A DNA stretch of 64,000 nt from an uncultured Gammaproteobacteria bacterium (GCA_965230895.1 OZ246394.1:1377887-1441886), one strand, 5' to 3'. Counted from the first letter of the stretch, positions 1 through 10,138 are shown. The notes: a model not told the origin generated them from the sequence alone. Made by a program: numbers and translations.

Positions 1-94
1 TCCTGTTATTGCCGAAAGTCTGGTAAATGAAATAGTTGGAGAGAAAAAGATTCTCTCAGAGGCATTTAACCCAGAACGTAGACCTATTCAGACA

Positions 95-343
95 ATGACC
101 CAAGAAGAATCAATAAAGGATTATGCAGAACAAAGTTTATCCGGAGCATATGAATTTTGGTTGGAATTACCAGGAACTATTTCAGAAAGAGATATGCTAA
201 CTATGTATGAAGAAAAAGCACGTAAAATATATAATCAACTTCAAATAAAAACTGCCCTCAGTACTGATATACTATTCTGCTTATCTATGCCGACAATCAC
301 AGAATCTGCAATGGCTGAATTAAGAGACTATTTTCAAAAGTAA
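95..343 (+). CDS. hypothetical small protein (82 aa)
   Basis: Complete ORF in the track. No motif recognised. Confidence 0.3.
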   Translation: MTQEESIKDYAEQSLSGAYEFWLELPGTISERDMLTMYEEKARKIYNQLQIKTALSTDILFCLSMPTITESAMAELRDYFQK

Positions 344-347
344 GGTA

Positions 348-1106
348 TTATTCTGGAAGCATGTCCCACAATAGGTCAAAGAGTATTTGAAAATTGCGTG
401 AAAGATCAGAACTCTTTAATACAATACCACTTGTTTCTCCTTTAAGGTCGATAATAGCAATCTTATCTTTAAAAATAAGAACGTCTTGAGAAGTAAGTTT
501 CTTTTTCTGAGGTAGCACTTTATACAAGTGATTTTTGTTCGCATTTTTGATTCGTTCTCTCGTCTTTGGTGAGTCTTCACAAATTTCATAAATTTTTATA
601 TTAGGGTCACTTTTGTATGCATGGTCAAGCAGTTGATAATTGTCAGGAAATGCTTTCGCAATTTCTTCAACGCTCACATAAGATCGTACTTCACCAGCTT
701 GCAAAGACTCTTCATAAATCTTTTTTACTCCAATTTTCCCCTTATAATATTTAATTTCAGCTTCATGTTTTACCTCTTGCTGAGAAATAGTCGCATTTAG
801 TGAAGAGAGCATATCGGGGAAATTTTGTTTTACTTCTTGAGCCTGTTTCACTTTCTTCTCTATAAGCGCTTCAAGATTACTAGGTTCTTCTGCTGCAACA
901 AGCTTTCTTGAACCTTGTACAAGCTTCATTGCTAATCCTTTCTCAACCAGTTGGTCAACGTAAAGGTATGCAGTTGTTCTTTTTACATCTACATTTGCAG
1001 CTAAATCGCGCACAGTGATAGGACCCGTTTGGAGTAGGGTGAGGTAAAGCTTGGCTTCCAATTCAGAAAGCTCTAACTGTTTCAAATATGCAATAATTTT
1101 TTCCAT
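348..1106 (-). CDS. TrmB-family transcriptional regulator
   Basis: N-terminal winged HTH (LYLTLLQTGPITVRDLAANVDVKRTTAYLYVDQLVEKGL) typical of the TrmB family. 252 aa. Confidence 0.6.
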   Translation of the reverse strand: MEKIIAYLKQLELSELEAKLYLTLLQTGPITVRDLAANVDVKRTTAYLYVDQLVEKGLAMKLVQGSRKLVAAEEPSNLEALIEKKVKQAQEVKQNFPDMLSSLNATISQQEVKHEAEIKYYKGKIGVKKIYEESLQAGEVRSYVSVEEIAKAFPDNYQLLDHAYKSDPNIKIYEICEDSPKTRERIKNANKNHLYKVLPQKKKLTSQDVLIFKDKIAIIDLKGETSGIVLKSSDLSRNFQILFDLLWDMLPE

Positions 1107-1166
1107 AATTGGCTCGAAGTTATAGGACTATTATACCATATTAGCCTTGATCTTACACGTTCCTTA

Positions 1167-1198
1167 CAATAGTTGTCGGAAAATGTCGACAACTATTG
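1167..1198. promoter_or_regulatory. perfect 12-bp inverted repeat CAATAGTTGTCG-N8-CGACAACTATTG (candidate operator)
   Basis: Palindrome read directly from the sequence. It overlaps a -35 box and sits directly upstream of the start of the minus-strand TrmB regulator gene (start at 1106). Confidence 0.5.
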
Positions 1199-1224
1199 AC
1201 AACTTAACAAAAGGGAGTTACAAT
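1196..1224 (+). promoter_or_regulatory. sigma70-like promoter TTGACA-17-TACAAT
   Basis: Exact -35 hexamer, 17-nt spacer and TACAAT -10 seen in the sequence. Confidence 0.5.
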
Positions 1225-1275
1225 CACTGTGGATTTTGTCTTTTTGACTAGAGCTCATTGCAAGATTCACGCCTA

Positions 1276-1325
1276 TTGACGTCCTGGCCCTTATTTATAT
1301 TTGGGCCAGCACGTCAAATTTTTTA
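1276..1325 (+). terminator. intrinsic-terminator-like hairpin followed by a T-run
   Basis: TTGACGTCCTGGCCC-(12-nt AT loop)-GGGCCAGCACGTCAA followed by AATTTTTTAA. It lies about 50 nt downstream of the promoter at 1196-1224 and about 80 nt upstream of the CDS at 1406. Confidence 0.45.
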
Positions 1326-1405
1326 AGAGCTCAATTGTTTGTTTCTTGACAGTATGTTACTATAGATGAATAACGTAATAGTCAACCGGAAACGACAACA
1401 AGTTT

Positions 1406-2116
1406 ATGGGGAATAGCAACGGACGTAAGCGCATTATTATCTCAGTAGGAGGATCCCTCATTGTACCCAATGAAGGGATTAAAACAGAGTTTCTTAAGAA
1501 GCTCAATGCGTTTATTCGAGAAGAACTGGCCAAAGATTCTAAGTGCCAGTTTTTTTTGGTCGCAGGAGGTGGCTCTACAGCTCGTAAATATATTGAAGCT
1601 GGTAGAGAAGTACTTGGCCATGATTTGACCCATGAGGATCTTGATTGGCTCGGTGTTCACTCCACAACCCTCAATGCCCACCTTATCCGCACAATCTTCC
1701 GAGACATCGCTCATCCCAAACTCATCCGCCACTACGACATTATCCGAAAAGCTCACGAACAAGTAGTTGTTGCAGCAGGTTGGAAGCCTGGTTGGTCTAC
1801 TGATTATTGCGCGACACTACTTTGTGAAGACTATGGTGTGAAGACTGTTATCAATCTAAGTAACGTAGAACAAGTCTACGATAAGGACCCACGAAAGTTC
1901 AAAGATGCGAAAGCTTTGAAAAAACTTTCTTGGGATGGAATGCGAGAAATTGTAGGGGATCATTGGTCTCCTGGACTCAATGCTCCATTTGATCCGATTG
2001 CTGCAAAGAAGGCGCAAGAGCTTGGTGTTCGAGTTGTAGTCATGTCTGGAAATAACTTTGATAATATCCGCAATTACTTTGATAACAAACCATTTGTCGG
2101 GACAGTTATCGAATAA
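1406..2116 (+). CDS. amino-acid-kinase family protein, archaeal-type UMP kinase-like
   Basis: RIIISVGGSL ... FFLVAGGGSTARKYIEAG ... TTLNAHLI motifs of PF00696 resemble archaeal PyrH. Could alternatively be isopentenyl phosphate kinase-like. Confidence 0.5.
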   Translation: MGNSNGRKRIIISVGGSLIVPNEGIKTEFLKKLNAFIREELAKDSKCQFFLVAGGGSTARKYIEAGREVLGHDLTHEDLDWLGVHSTTLNAHLIRTIFRDIAHPKLIRHYDIIRKAHEQVVVAAGWKPGWSTDYCATLLCEDYGVKTVINLSNVEQVYDKDPRKFKDAKALKKLSWDGMREIVGDHWSPGLNAPFDPIAAKKAQELGVRVVVMSGNNFDNIRNYFDNKPFVGTVIE

Positions 2117-2169
2117 TCTCTATAGCTTGCAAATTAGTAGCTTCTCCTTTATGATTTCTCAATCAGCAA

Positions 2170-3231
2170 ATGTACTTAAAAGATATCTCTCTGCAAAATT
2201 TCCGCAGCTATAGCAAAGCCCAATTTATTTTTGATCCTCGTATCTCTATCATTGTCGGTCCCAATGCTGCAGGCAAAACAAATCTTGTTGAAGCAATCGG
2301 TTTGCTCTCAACGGGCAAGAGCTTTAAAACTGGTGGAGACAAGCATTTGATTGCGTTTGGGAAACCAGTTGCGCATATCACTGGAACACTTGAAGAAGAT
2401 GATGATACTGAGAAATTGGAGATCGCGATCGCACCAAGTCCATCAGGAATGCTTTTGAAGAAGTATCAAGTGAATGGTGTAGCGAGGCGCAGGGCAAGCT
2501 TTGCCGGGAAGTTACCTGCAGTATTGTTTACTCCGTTAGATCTAGATATTGTGGCTGGACAACCTGGAGAGAGGAGGAGATTTCTTAACGAGGTACTTGA
2601 ACAGACAGATCCTCAATACGATGCTGCACTCACACAATATACCAAAGCATTGCGACAACGAAATGCCTTGCTGGAGTTTGTCCAAAGGAGCGGACGACGT
2701 GATGAGGAGCGCTTCGCATATTGGGATAATGTGTTGATTGCCAATGCAAAGATCATCTCATCAAAGAGGGAAGAATTGATTGCGTATATTAATGCTCAAG
2801 AGAAAACGCTTTTTCCATTTGTTTTGGAATACGATAAAAGCCTTATGTCTCGTGAGCGATTGCTTCAGTATCGAGATGCGGAGGCTGGAGCGGGAGTAAC
2901 GCTTGTTGGTCCGCAGCGTGATGATATCTTCGTCAAGACGTTTCATCCTGTTTCGCAAGAGCTAGAAGATGTAAAACATTTTTGTTCAAGAGGCCAACAA
3001 CGGCTTGTCACCCTGGAGCTTAAGAAATCTCAAATTGCTTATCTTCAGGAACAATTAGAGACCCAACCACTTCTGATCCTCGATGATATCTTCTCCGAAC
3101 TTGATAGCAAACATATTGGACATGTTTTGTCGATGACTAATGATTTCCAGACGATTATCACGACTACGCATAAAGAATTTGTGATGGTTGATGGGCTAGA
3201 AAATCGGCATGTGATAGAATTAGGAAAGTAA
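2170..3231 (+). CDS. recF: DNA replication and repair protein RecF
   Basis: N-terminal Walker A GPNAAGKTN, SMC-like architecture, 353 aa. C-terminal signature region LILDDIFSELD. Confidence 0.85.
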   Translation: MYLKDISLQNFRSYSKAQFIFDPRISIIVGPNAAGKTNLVEAIGLLSTGKSFKTGGDKHLIAFGKPVAHITGTLEEDDDTEKLEIAIAPSPSGMLLKKYQVNGVARRRASFAGKLPAVLFTPLDLDIVAGQPGERRRFLNEVLEQTDPQYDAALTQYTKALRQRNALLEFVQRSGRRDEERFAYWDNVLIANAKIISSKREELIAYINAQEKTLFPFVLEYDKSLMSRERLLQYRDAEAGAGVTLVGPQRDDIFVKTFHPVSQELEDVKHFCSRGQQRLVTLELKKSQIAYLQEQLETQPLLILDDIFSELDSKHIGHVLSMTNDFQTIITTTHKEFVMVDGLENRHVIELGK

Positions 3232-3276
3232 TAGTACTGCCTGATCTAAATATCATTTGTTCAGGAAACTTTTCTT

Positions 3277-4140
3277 ATGCAATCCTTTAATCCTGACCTC
3301 CTCAAGCAGCTGTATGTTCCAGCTCATGATTCCCACAAGGGCCAAAACGGTAAATTGATGATTATTGGTGGCTCTCGCTTATTTCACGCAGCATCTCTTT
3401 GGGCATTAACAACTGCAAGTAGAATTGTAGATATGGTTTTTTATGCATCAGTTGTTGAGAATAATGAGCTTGTTCATGATTTGAAAAAAGAGTTCAGAAA
3501 TGGAATTATTGTGGCTAGGGATGATCTAGAATCATACGTCCAAGAAGCAGAATGTATTTTGATAGGTCCGGGGATGCTTCGTCAGGAAGAAAAGTTTGAC
3601 AAAGAACAGCATCTGACATTGAAGCAAATAAATGCATTAGAGCATGAAGGAGAGCAAACATATTATCTGACGAAATATCTCCTTGCAAAGTACCCGCACA
3701 AGAAATGGGTGATTGATGCTGGAGCTCTTCAAATGCTTGACCTTTCATGGCTTAAGCACATGAGTGGAGATGTTATTTTGACGCCGCATGTAGATGAATT
3801 CAGACGAGTTTTTGGTGAAATAAAAGATGTCGCAGAGTTAGCGAAAGGATATAAAGCGACAATTCTTCTCAAAGGGGAAAGTGATATTGTTTGTTCGCCA
3901 ACCCAATGCGTCAAAATAGCAGGTGGCAATCCTGGCATGACCAAAGGTGGTACTGGAGATGTCTTAGCTGGACTTATTGCAGCGCTCGCTACCAAAAATG
4001 ATGTTTTTACTTCCGCAGCAGCAGGATCCTATATAAATAAGCAAGCAGGTGAATCACTAGAAAAAAGAGTAGGATATTATTTCAATGCATCTGATCTCGC
4101 GGATGAGATTCCACAGGTCATGAAGAAGCTATTGGGTTGA
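3277..4140 (+). CDS. nnr: ADP-dependent NAD(P)H-hydrate dehydratase (YjeF C-terminal carbohydrate-kinase domain)
   Basis: GGNPGMTKGGTGDVLAGLIAALA motif of the YjeF_C family. Confidence 0.7.
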   Translation: MQSFNPDLLKQLYVPAHDSHKGQNGKLMIIGGSRLFHAASLWALTTASRIVDMVFYASVVENNELVHDLKKEFRNGIIVARDDLESYVQEAECILIGPGMLRQEEKFDKEQHLTLKQINALEHEGEQTYYLTKYLLAKYPHKKWVIDAGALQMLDLSWLKHMSGDVILTPHVDEFRRVFGEIKDVAELAKGYKATILLKGESDIVCSPTQCVKIAGGNPGMTKGGTGDVLAGLIAALATKNDVFTSAAAGSYINKQAGESLEKRVGYYFNASDLADEIPQVMKKLLG

Positions 4141-4162
4141 TTATCTGGAGCTTCTCGTTATA

Positions 4163-4411
4163 ATGGGGAACATGAATGAACGCAAAATACCTCGAATGAT
4201 TAGATGGGTAAATACTGAACTCTTTGGAAACAAAGACTTTCGACGTCCCACGACGAGTGAAGCTGATCAAGTAAAAGCTCGAGTTGCAGCACTAAACGCA
4301 GCATATAAGGGAAAGCTCACTTCAGATGTGAGAGTTAGACATGGAGAAACTGCATGGCTAGAGCGGGGTGTAGTATTTCAAGCTGAAGATAGAAAGCCTC
4401 AGCACGGATAA
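4163..4411 (+). CDS. hypothetical small protein (82 aa)
   Basis: ORF only. Basic. No motif. Confidence 0.25.
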   Translation: MGNMNERKIPRMIRWVNTELFGNKDFRRPTTSEADQVKARVAALNAAYKGKLTSDVRVRHGETAWLERGVVFQAEDRKPQHG

Positions 4412-4464
4412 TTCTCTTGCCTTTTATCGGGAAATGATCAATAATAACTGAGTCTTCATCAGTT

Positions 4465-5505
4465 ATGTATACTCCAAAATACACAATCAATAATGCAGTA
4501 CTCCGCAATATTGGCATCGTGGAAGCTGCTAGAGAAGTTATCTCTCACGCACCGTTACTTCCATATTATGAAAAAGAATTCCAGAAAGATGCGCTTGCAC
4601 GCGCTGTGCATCACGGAACCCATATTGAAGGAAATGAGTTGGATATGGATCAGGCAGAGAAGGTTATTGCGGGACAGCAAATTGTGGCACGTGCGCGTGA
4701 TATCCAGGAAGTTATCAATTATCGACGGGTGATGGAACATATTGGAAAGACCGAGCAAAAGACAATCACTGAAGAATTTGTAAAGGAGTTGCATCGTATG
4801 ACAGTTGATAAATTACTCGTTCCGGAACGTTGTGGCCAATATCGTACAACCCAAGTTGTCGTCCGGAACAGTCTGACTGGAGATGTCACATTTACTCCTC
4901 CACAAGCTTCTCTCGTCCCTGAGCAAGTGAAAGCATTGATTGGTTTTATTAATAGCACCAACCAAGAAGAACTTCATCCTGTCTTAAAGTCTGGAATAGT
5001 ACATTATGAACTTGCTCGAATCCATCCCTTTATTGATGGCAATGGTCGTGTCTCACGTGCGCTTTCAACATATATTCTTTTCCAGGAAAAGTACGATATC
5101 CGTAAGTTCTTCTCGCTTGAAGAATATTTTGATAATGATGCAAGTGAATATTATTCAGCTCTGCAAAGTGTTGGGCGAAACGATGGTGATCTGACTGAAT
5201 GGTTGGCATACTTTACGCACGGGTTAGCAATTGAATTGAATAAGATCAAAGAGAAAATTGAAAAGATTTCGGTTGATGTAAAGATCAAAGAGCGTCAGGG
5301 AGGAGAACCGATCATGCTTTCTGAAAGACAACTGAAGATCATGGAATACATCCAGAAGGTTGGATTTTTGCAGAACAATGGCTTCAAACAACTCTTTCCA
5401 ATGGTTTCTGAGGACACAGTTCTCAATGAATTAAAATACTTAATCAAGCACGGACTGCTTAAGAAACAAGGAAGCACGAAAGGAGCGAAGTACGTACGAG
5501 CATAA
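4465..5505 (+). CDS. Fic family protein (AMPylation/Doc fold) with C-terminal winged-helix
   Basis: Canonical Fic motif HPFIDGNGRVSRAL. Confidence 0.8.
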   Translation: MYTPKYTINNAVLRNIGIVEAAREVISHAPLLPYYEKEFQKDALARAVHHGTHIEGNELDMDQAEKVIAGQQIVARARDIQEVINYRRVMEHIGKTEQKTITEEFVKELHRMTVDKLLVPERCGQYRTTQVVVRNSLTGDVTFTPPQASLVPEQVKALIGFINSTNQEELHPVLKSGIVHYELARIHPFIDGNGRVSRALSTYILFQEKYDIRKFFSLEEYFDNDASEYYSALQSVGRNDGDLTEWLAYFTHGLAIELNKIKEKIEKISVDVKIKERQGGEPIMLSERQLKIMEYIQKVGFLQNNGFKQLFPMVSEDTVLNELKYLIKHGLLKKQGSTKGAKYVRA

Positions 5506-5506
5506 G

Positions 5507-7273
5507 ATGAAGTTTACTGAACTGACAACATATTTTGAAAAATTAGAAGAAACCTCTTCACGACTTGCCCTTATTGATATCCTCGCAGAACTATTTAAAA
5601 AGACCGATGGGACGACTGTTGATAAGGTGATGTATCTTGCACAAGGTCGTGTCGCACCATTTTACGAACCGACAGAGATCGGTATGGCAGATAAAATGGT
5701 TGCGCAAAGTATCGGTGAAGCTTTCGGTCTAACCAAGGATGAAGTCCTCGATGCATATGCAAAGAAGGGTGATTTAGGGTTGGTGGCATTTGAACTTTCT
5801 GAGAAAGAGCGAAAGAAAGGGAAGAAGGATGAACTTTCCGTTGTGACTGTTTTTGATGAGCTCACCAAGATCGCCAATACAAGTGGTGTTGGATCTGTCG
5901 AGAAAAAGATAACTGCTTTGAAGGAACTGCTTGAGCATATGGATGCGGTTTCCGCAAAGCATTTGGTTCGTATCCCTTTGGGAAAGACACGACTTGGTAT
6001 CGGAGATCCGACGATCCTTGATGGTATCGCGATTGCAATACTTGGCGATAAAAAGCATCGTAAGCTTTTGGAGAAAGCATACAATGAAACATCTGATTTG
6101 GGATTGATCGGAAAGACGTTGGTTGAAAGTGGTTTGGAAGCTGTACAAAAGCTTGGTGTCACGGTCGGCCGTCCGATCCGGTCTGAACTCTGTGAACGCC
6201 TACCAAATCCGGTGAAGGTATTTGAGAAGATGGATACCGATGGATTGGGTGTCCATGCTACATATAAATATGATGGTTTCCGTGTCCAGATCCACAAAAA
6301 TGGAGATAAGGTCGAGATGTTTTCGCGAAACCTTGAAGACATGACGCACATGTTTCCAGAACTTATCGAAGGAACGCTCAAACAAATCAAAGCAAAGACA
6401 GTTATCTTAGATTCAGAAGCAATGGCGTATCAACCTGAATCTGAGGAATTCCTTCCATTCCAGGAAACCACCAAACGCCGCCGCAAACATAACATCGAAG
6501 CAATGGCAGAGTCACTTCCGTTGAAAGCGTTCGTTTTTGACATACTTTACGTTGACGGCAAATCACTCCTCGGAACGCCTCTGAATGAACGTGTTGAAAT
6601 CATGAAGAAGACGATTGCAGGGGATGATATTTTGATTCCGGAGCCGGGGACAATTATGAAAAAGCCTGAAGATTTGCAGCTTATGCTTGATGATGCATTC
6701 ACCCAAGGACTTGAAGGTGTTGTGATCAAACGACCAGATTCAGGATACGAAGCAGGTGGACGAAACTTTAATTGGGTCAAACTTAAGAAGCATTCTGCTG
6801 GTGATTTGAATGACACAATTGATTGCGTTATCCTTGGATATATTTATGGGAAAGGGAAACGAACGGAGTTTGGCGCAGGTGCTTTATTGGTCGGGTTATA
6901 TGATAAAGACCAGGATCAATTTGTCTCTGTAACGCGCATTGGAACCGGTTTGTCAGACGATGAATGGCGAAGTATCAAAGAGAAAGTACATGGTCTAGAA
7001 ACCGATCACAAGCCCGCTCGTGTGCATTCATTGATCACTCCAAGTGTCTGGGTAAAACCTGAAGTTGTAATTGAAGTTTTGGCTGATGAAATCACCAGAA
7101 GCCCTCTCCATACCGCTGGTTCAAAGTTTGATGAAAAGGTTGGAAAAGACCTTGGGTATGCGCTCCGATTTCCGAGATTAGTTTCCTTCAGAGATAAAGA
7201 TAAAAAGGCAGAAGATGCGACAAGTGTGGAAGAATTAATTGAGATGTTCAACGATCAGGGAAAGAAAGAATAA
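5507..7273 (+). CDS. lig: ATP-dependent DNA ligase (archaeal/eukaryotic Lig1-type)
   Basis: Adenylation motif KYDGFRV (KxDG). N-terminal DNA-binding domain. OB-fold motif LEGVVIKRPDSGYEAG. 588 aa. Confidence 0.85.
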   Translation: MKFTELTTYFEKLEETSSRLALIDILAELFKKTDGTTVDKVMYLAQGRVAPFYEPTEIGMADKMVAQSIGEAFGLTKDEVLDAYAKKGDLGLVAFELSEKERKKGKKDELSVVTVFDELTKIANTSGVGSVEKKITALKELLEHMDAVSAKHLVRIPLGKTRLGIGDPTILDGIAIAILGDKKHRKLLEKAYNETSDLGLIGKTLVESGLEAVQKLGVTVGRPIRSELCERLPNPVKVFEKMDTDGLGVHATYKYDGFRVQIHKNGDKVEMFSRNLEDMTHMFPELIEGTLKQIKAKTVILDSEAMAYQPESEEFLPFQETTKRRRKHNIEAMAESLPLKAFVFDILYVDGKSLLGTPLNERVEIMKKTIAGDDILIPEPGTIMKKPEDLQLMLDDAFTQGLEGVVIKRPDSGYEAGGRNFNWVKLKKHSAGDLNDTIDCVILGYIYGKGKRTEFGAGALLVGLYDKDQDQFVSVTRIGTGLSDDEWRSIKEKVHGLETDHKPARVHSLITPSVWVKPEVVIEVLADEITRSPLHTAGSKFDEKVGKDLGYALRFPRLVSFRDKDKKAEDATSVEELIEMFNDQGKKE

Positions 7274-7275
7274 CT

Positions 7276-7764
7276 ATGATGGTAAAAGCCTCTTTTGATC
7301 CTACAACTCGTATAGTAAATTCTGAAGTAAAACAAACTTGCATGCTGCGGGAATACTCTACGCTTCATGATGTAAAAATTGATGATGGTTGCAGCATTTA
7401 TGAAAGAGTATCAATCAAAAAATCTACGATTGGGAAAAATGTCAGTATTAATGCAGGAACTTACATTGAAAATTCCATAATAGGTGATGATGTCATGATT
7501 GGTCCCAATTGTACTATTGTAGGAGTCACACATACATTTACTCCCGAGATAATTTCAAAAGAGGATACGTGGAAAAGAATCACAATTGGAAAAGGCGCTT
7601 TCCTTGGAGGATCGGTTGTTGTTTTGCCAGGGAGATCCATTGGAGAGGGATCAGTTATTGGTGCGGGCACTATCATTAATAAAGATATTCCAGCACATTC
7701 GATAGTAATGGGAATTGCTCCAAATCAACGTATAAAAAAGATTATTGATTATCAGAGAGAGTAG
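7276..7764 (+). CDS. hexapeptide-repeat (LbetaH) acetyltransferase
   Basis: Tandem hexapeptide repeats (IGKNVSINAGTYIENSIIGDDVMIGPNCTIVG). Confidence 0.7.
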   Translation: MMVKASFDPTTRIVNSEVKQTCMLREYSTLHDVKIDDGCSIYERVSIKKSTIGKNVSINAGTYIENSIIGDDVMIGPNCTIVGVTHTFTPEIISKEDTWKRITIGKGAFLGGSVVVLPGRSIGEGSVIGAGTIINKDIPAHSIVMGIAPNQRIKKIIDYQRE

Positions 7765-7806
7765 TTTCTTACTTGGAAAATTTATGTAAGTGATAGAATT
7801 ATTTCC

Positions 7807-9141
7807 ATGCACTACGTCACTGATCTCCATCTTCACTCCAAATATTCCCGTGCAGTAAGTCCTCAAATGAATCTCCAAACAATGAGCCAGCTTGCAGTGC
7901 AAAAGGGTTTGGATGTTTTATCGGCAGCTGATTTTACCCATCCTGTTTGGTTCAAAGAAATCAGTGAGCAATTGGAGCAAGCAGAAGAAGGATTGTATCA
8001 ATTGAAAGGTGAGACGGGAGACGTGGGAAGTGTTCGGTTTATGTTGGGAACTGAGATGTCTTCAATTTATAAGCAAGGAGATAAGTTGCGTAGAATTCAC
8101 AACCTGATCTTTGTTCCAAGTTTGGAAATTGCTCAGAAGTTTAACAAAGCCATTATTGCCAAAGGAGGAAATCTTAATGCAGATGGTCGTCCGATTGTAG
8201 GCTTATCCTCACGAAATTTGCTTGAGCTTTTGCTTGAAATCGATGAGCGGGCATTCCTCATCCCAGCACATATTTGGACGCCGCATTTTGGTATTTATGG
8301 ATCGGCTTCAGGATTTGATTCGCTTGAAGAAGCATTTGGAGATTTGGCAAAGTATATTTTTGGAATCGAAACGGGACTTTCAAGTGATCCTGATATGAAT
8401 TGGCAAGTGTCTGAGTTGATGCATCGAAGTATTCTTTCCTTTTCTGATGCACATAGTGCGCCCAAAATGGCAAGGGAAGCAACTGTTGTGGATTTAGAAA
8501 GCTTAAGTTATACCACAATTCGTCATGCCTTTGAACGAGCTTCGAAACCAGAGCTTGGAAATAAGAACAAAGTTGCATACACATTAGAATTTTATCCTGA
8601 AGAGGGGAAATATCATTTTTCGGGACACCGCGATCACAAAGTAGTTCTGGGACCAGAAGAAATTCGAGCAAATGGCAATATCTGCCCCGCCTGCAACAGA
8701 CGTCTAACAGAAGGTGTTTTGTATCGTATCCAGCAATTAGCTGATCCAACATTATTCCACCGAACTGTTGAAAAGATTGAATCCGATGGTATCAAATGGT
8801 ACGAAGATTCAAAGAAGATGCAGCCACCTTATGTAAAGCTCGTACCGCTATTGGAGATTTGCGCAGAATCACTGGGATCGACAGTAAATAGTCAGAAGTC
8901 GAAAAATTTATTTGCGAAATTATGTATGGAATTACAATCTGAATTACATGTATTGCTTAAAGCTTCAATTGAAGACATTGAGAAGGTCGGGGGCGGAAGA
9001 GTTGCACAAGGTGTCCAAAAAGTCCGTGAAGGAAATATCGAAATAGATCCCGGATATGATGGAATTTATGGCAAAGTCTCGATCTGGAAAGAAGGAGAGG
9101 AAAAAGCTTCGGACATCCCACAATTAGCCTTGGATTTATAG
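7807..9141 (+). CDS. PHP-domain protein, endonuclease Q-like (TIGR00375-type)
   Basis: N-terminal PHP motif DLHLHSKYSRA. Internal Zn-finger CPACNRRL. Size about 444 aa, matching EndoQ-family proteins. Confidence 0.5.
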   Translation: MHYVTDLHLHSKYSRAVSPQMNLQTMSQLAVQKGLDVLSAADFTHPVWFKEISEQLEQAEEGLYQLKGETGDVGSVRFMLGTEMSSIYKQGDKLRRIHNLIFVPSLEIAQKFNKAIIAKGGNLNADGRPIVGLSSRNLLELLLEIDERAFLIPAHIWTPHFGIYGSASGFDSLEEAFGDLAKYIFGIETGLSSDPDMNWQVSELMHRSILSFSDAHSAPKMAREATVVDLESLSYTTIRHAFERASKPELGNKNKVAYTLEFYPEEGKYHFSGHRDHKVVLGPEEIRANGNICPACNRRLTEGVLYRIQQLADPTLFHRTVEKIESDGIKWYEDSKKMQPPYVKLVPLLEICAESLGSTVNSQKSKNLFAKLCMELQSELHVLLKASIEDIEKVGGGRVAQGVQKVREGNIEIDPGYDGIYGKVSIWKEGEEKASDIPQLALDL

Positions 9142-9200
9142 CAAATTCGTAATAAATCTTACGTTATTTTCATCTTTCATATGCTACTATAAAGAAAGAT

Positions 9201-9815
9201 ATGAAGTTAATCGTAGGACTTGGAAACCCCGGAGAAAAATACGAAAATACACGCCACAATGTCGGCTTCATGACCATTGATCATCTTCTCAAAGAATTTG
9301 GAACCAACAAAGACGATTGGAGTTCTCAAGCAAAACTCAAAAGTGATATCGCTACATTTACAATCCCGACCGATGGAGGAGAAGAAAAAGTAATCCTCGC
9401 GAAGCCAAAAACATTCATGAATGAATCTGGTCATGCAATAAGTCTTTTGATGAACTTTTACAAAATCGAACCAGATGATTTGTGGATTGTGTATGATGAA
9501 TTAGATTTACCATTGGGAACGCTCAAGATCCGAAACGGTGGCGCAGCAGCCGGACATCATGGGGTTGAATCAGTTATGGAGCATGCTGGAACTGATAAAT
9601 TCTGGAGATTCAGACTGGGGATTGGTGCATCACGAAATCACGAAATGCCAGTTGGGAAGCAGTTTATCCGCGATGCAAAGGAATTTGTGCTTGATCCTTT
9701 CACCCAATCAGAGCAGGGGAAACTCCGTGAGATGATCAAACATGCATGTAAAGCTCTAGAATGTGCTCTCAAAAAGGATCTTGAATCTGCAATGAATCGA
9801 TTCAATACAAAATAA
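9201..9815 (+). CDS. pth: peptidyl-tRNA hydrolase
   Basis: MKLIVGLGNPGEKYENTRHNVGF signature N-terminus. Confidence 0.9.
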   Translation: MKLIVGLGNPGEKYENTRHNVGFMTIDHLLKEFGTNKDDWSSQAKLKSDIATFTIPTDGGEEKVILAKPKTFMNESGHAISLLMNFYKIEPDDLWIVYDELDLPLGTLKIRNGGAAAGHHGVESVMEHAGTDKFWRFRLGIGASRNHEMPVGKQFIRDAKEFVLDPFTQSEQGKLREMIKHACKALECALKKDLESAMNRFNTK

Positions 9816-10138
9816 TGCAATCTCTCAAAAGCGTACTTACTAAGTTCAATCCCACCACAGACAAATATATATCCCGTGAGTTCCAAACCTACGGGCTTCA
9901 TTTGGCTGATCAATTAGATGATTACAAACATAAGAGTTTGTATATTAAATTAGCTAAATCAACTCCTCGGGCAATTCTTGAGAGGGCACTAACATTTTGT
10001 GTAGACAGTAAAGCTACAAATAAAGGAGCGCTTTTTATGTGGAAGTTAAAAGAGATTAAAAAAGATATGAAGAGCGCCGCAATTCCTGTGCCAAAGGTTG
10101 AACAGCCATCCCTTATTCCAGATAATTCAAATGTATGA
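9815..10138 (+). CDS. hypothetical protein (107 aa)
   Basis: ORF with start overlapping the pth stop. No motif. Confidence 0.3.
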   Translation: MQSLKSVLTKFNPTTDKYISREFQTYGLHLADQLDDYKHKSLYIKLAKSTPRAILERALTFCVDSKATNKGALFMWKLKEIKKDMKSAAIPVPKVEQPSLIPDNSNV

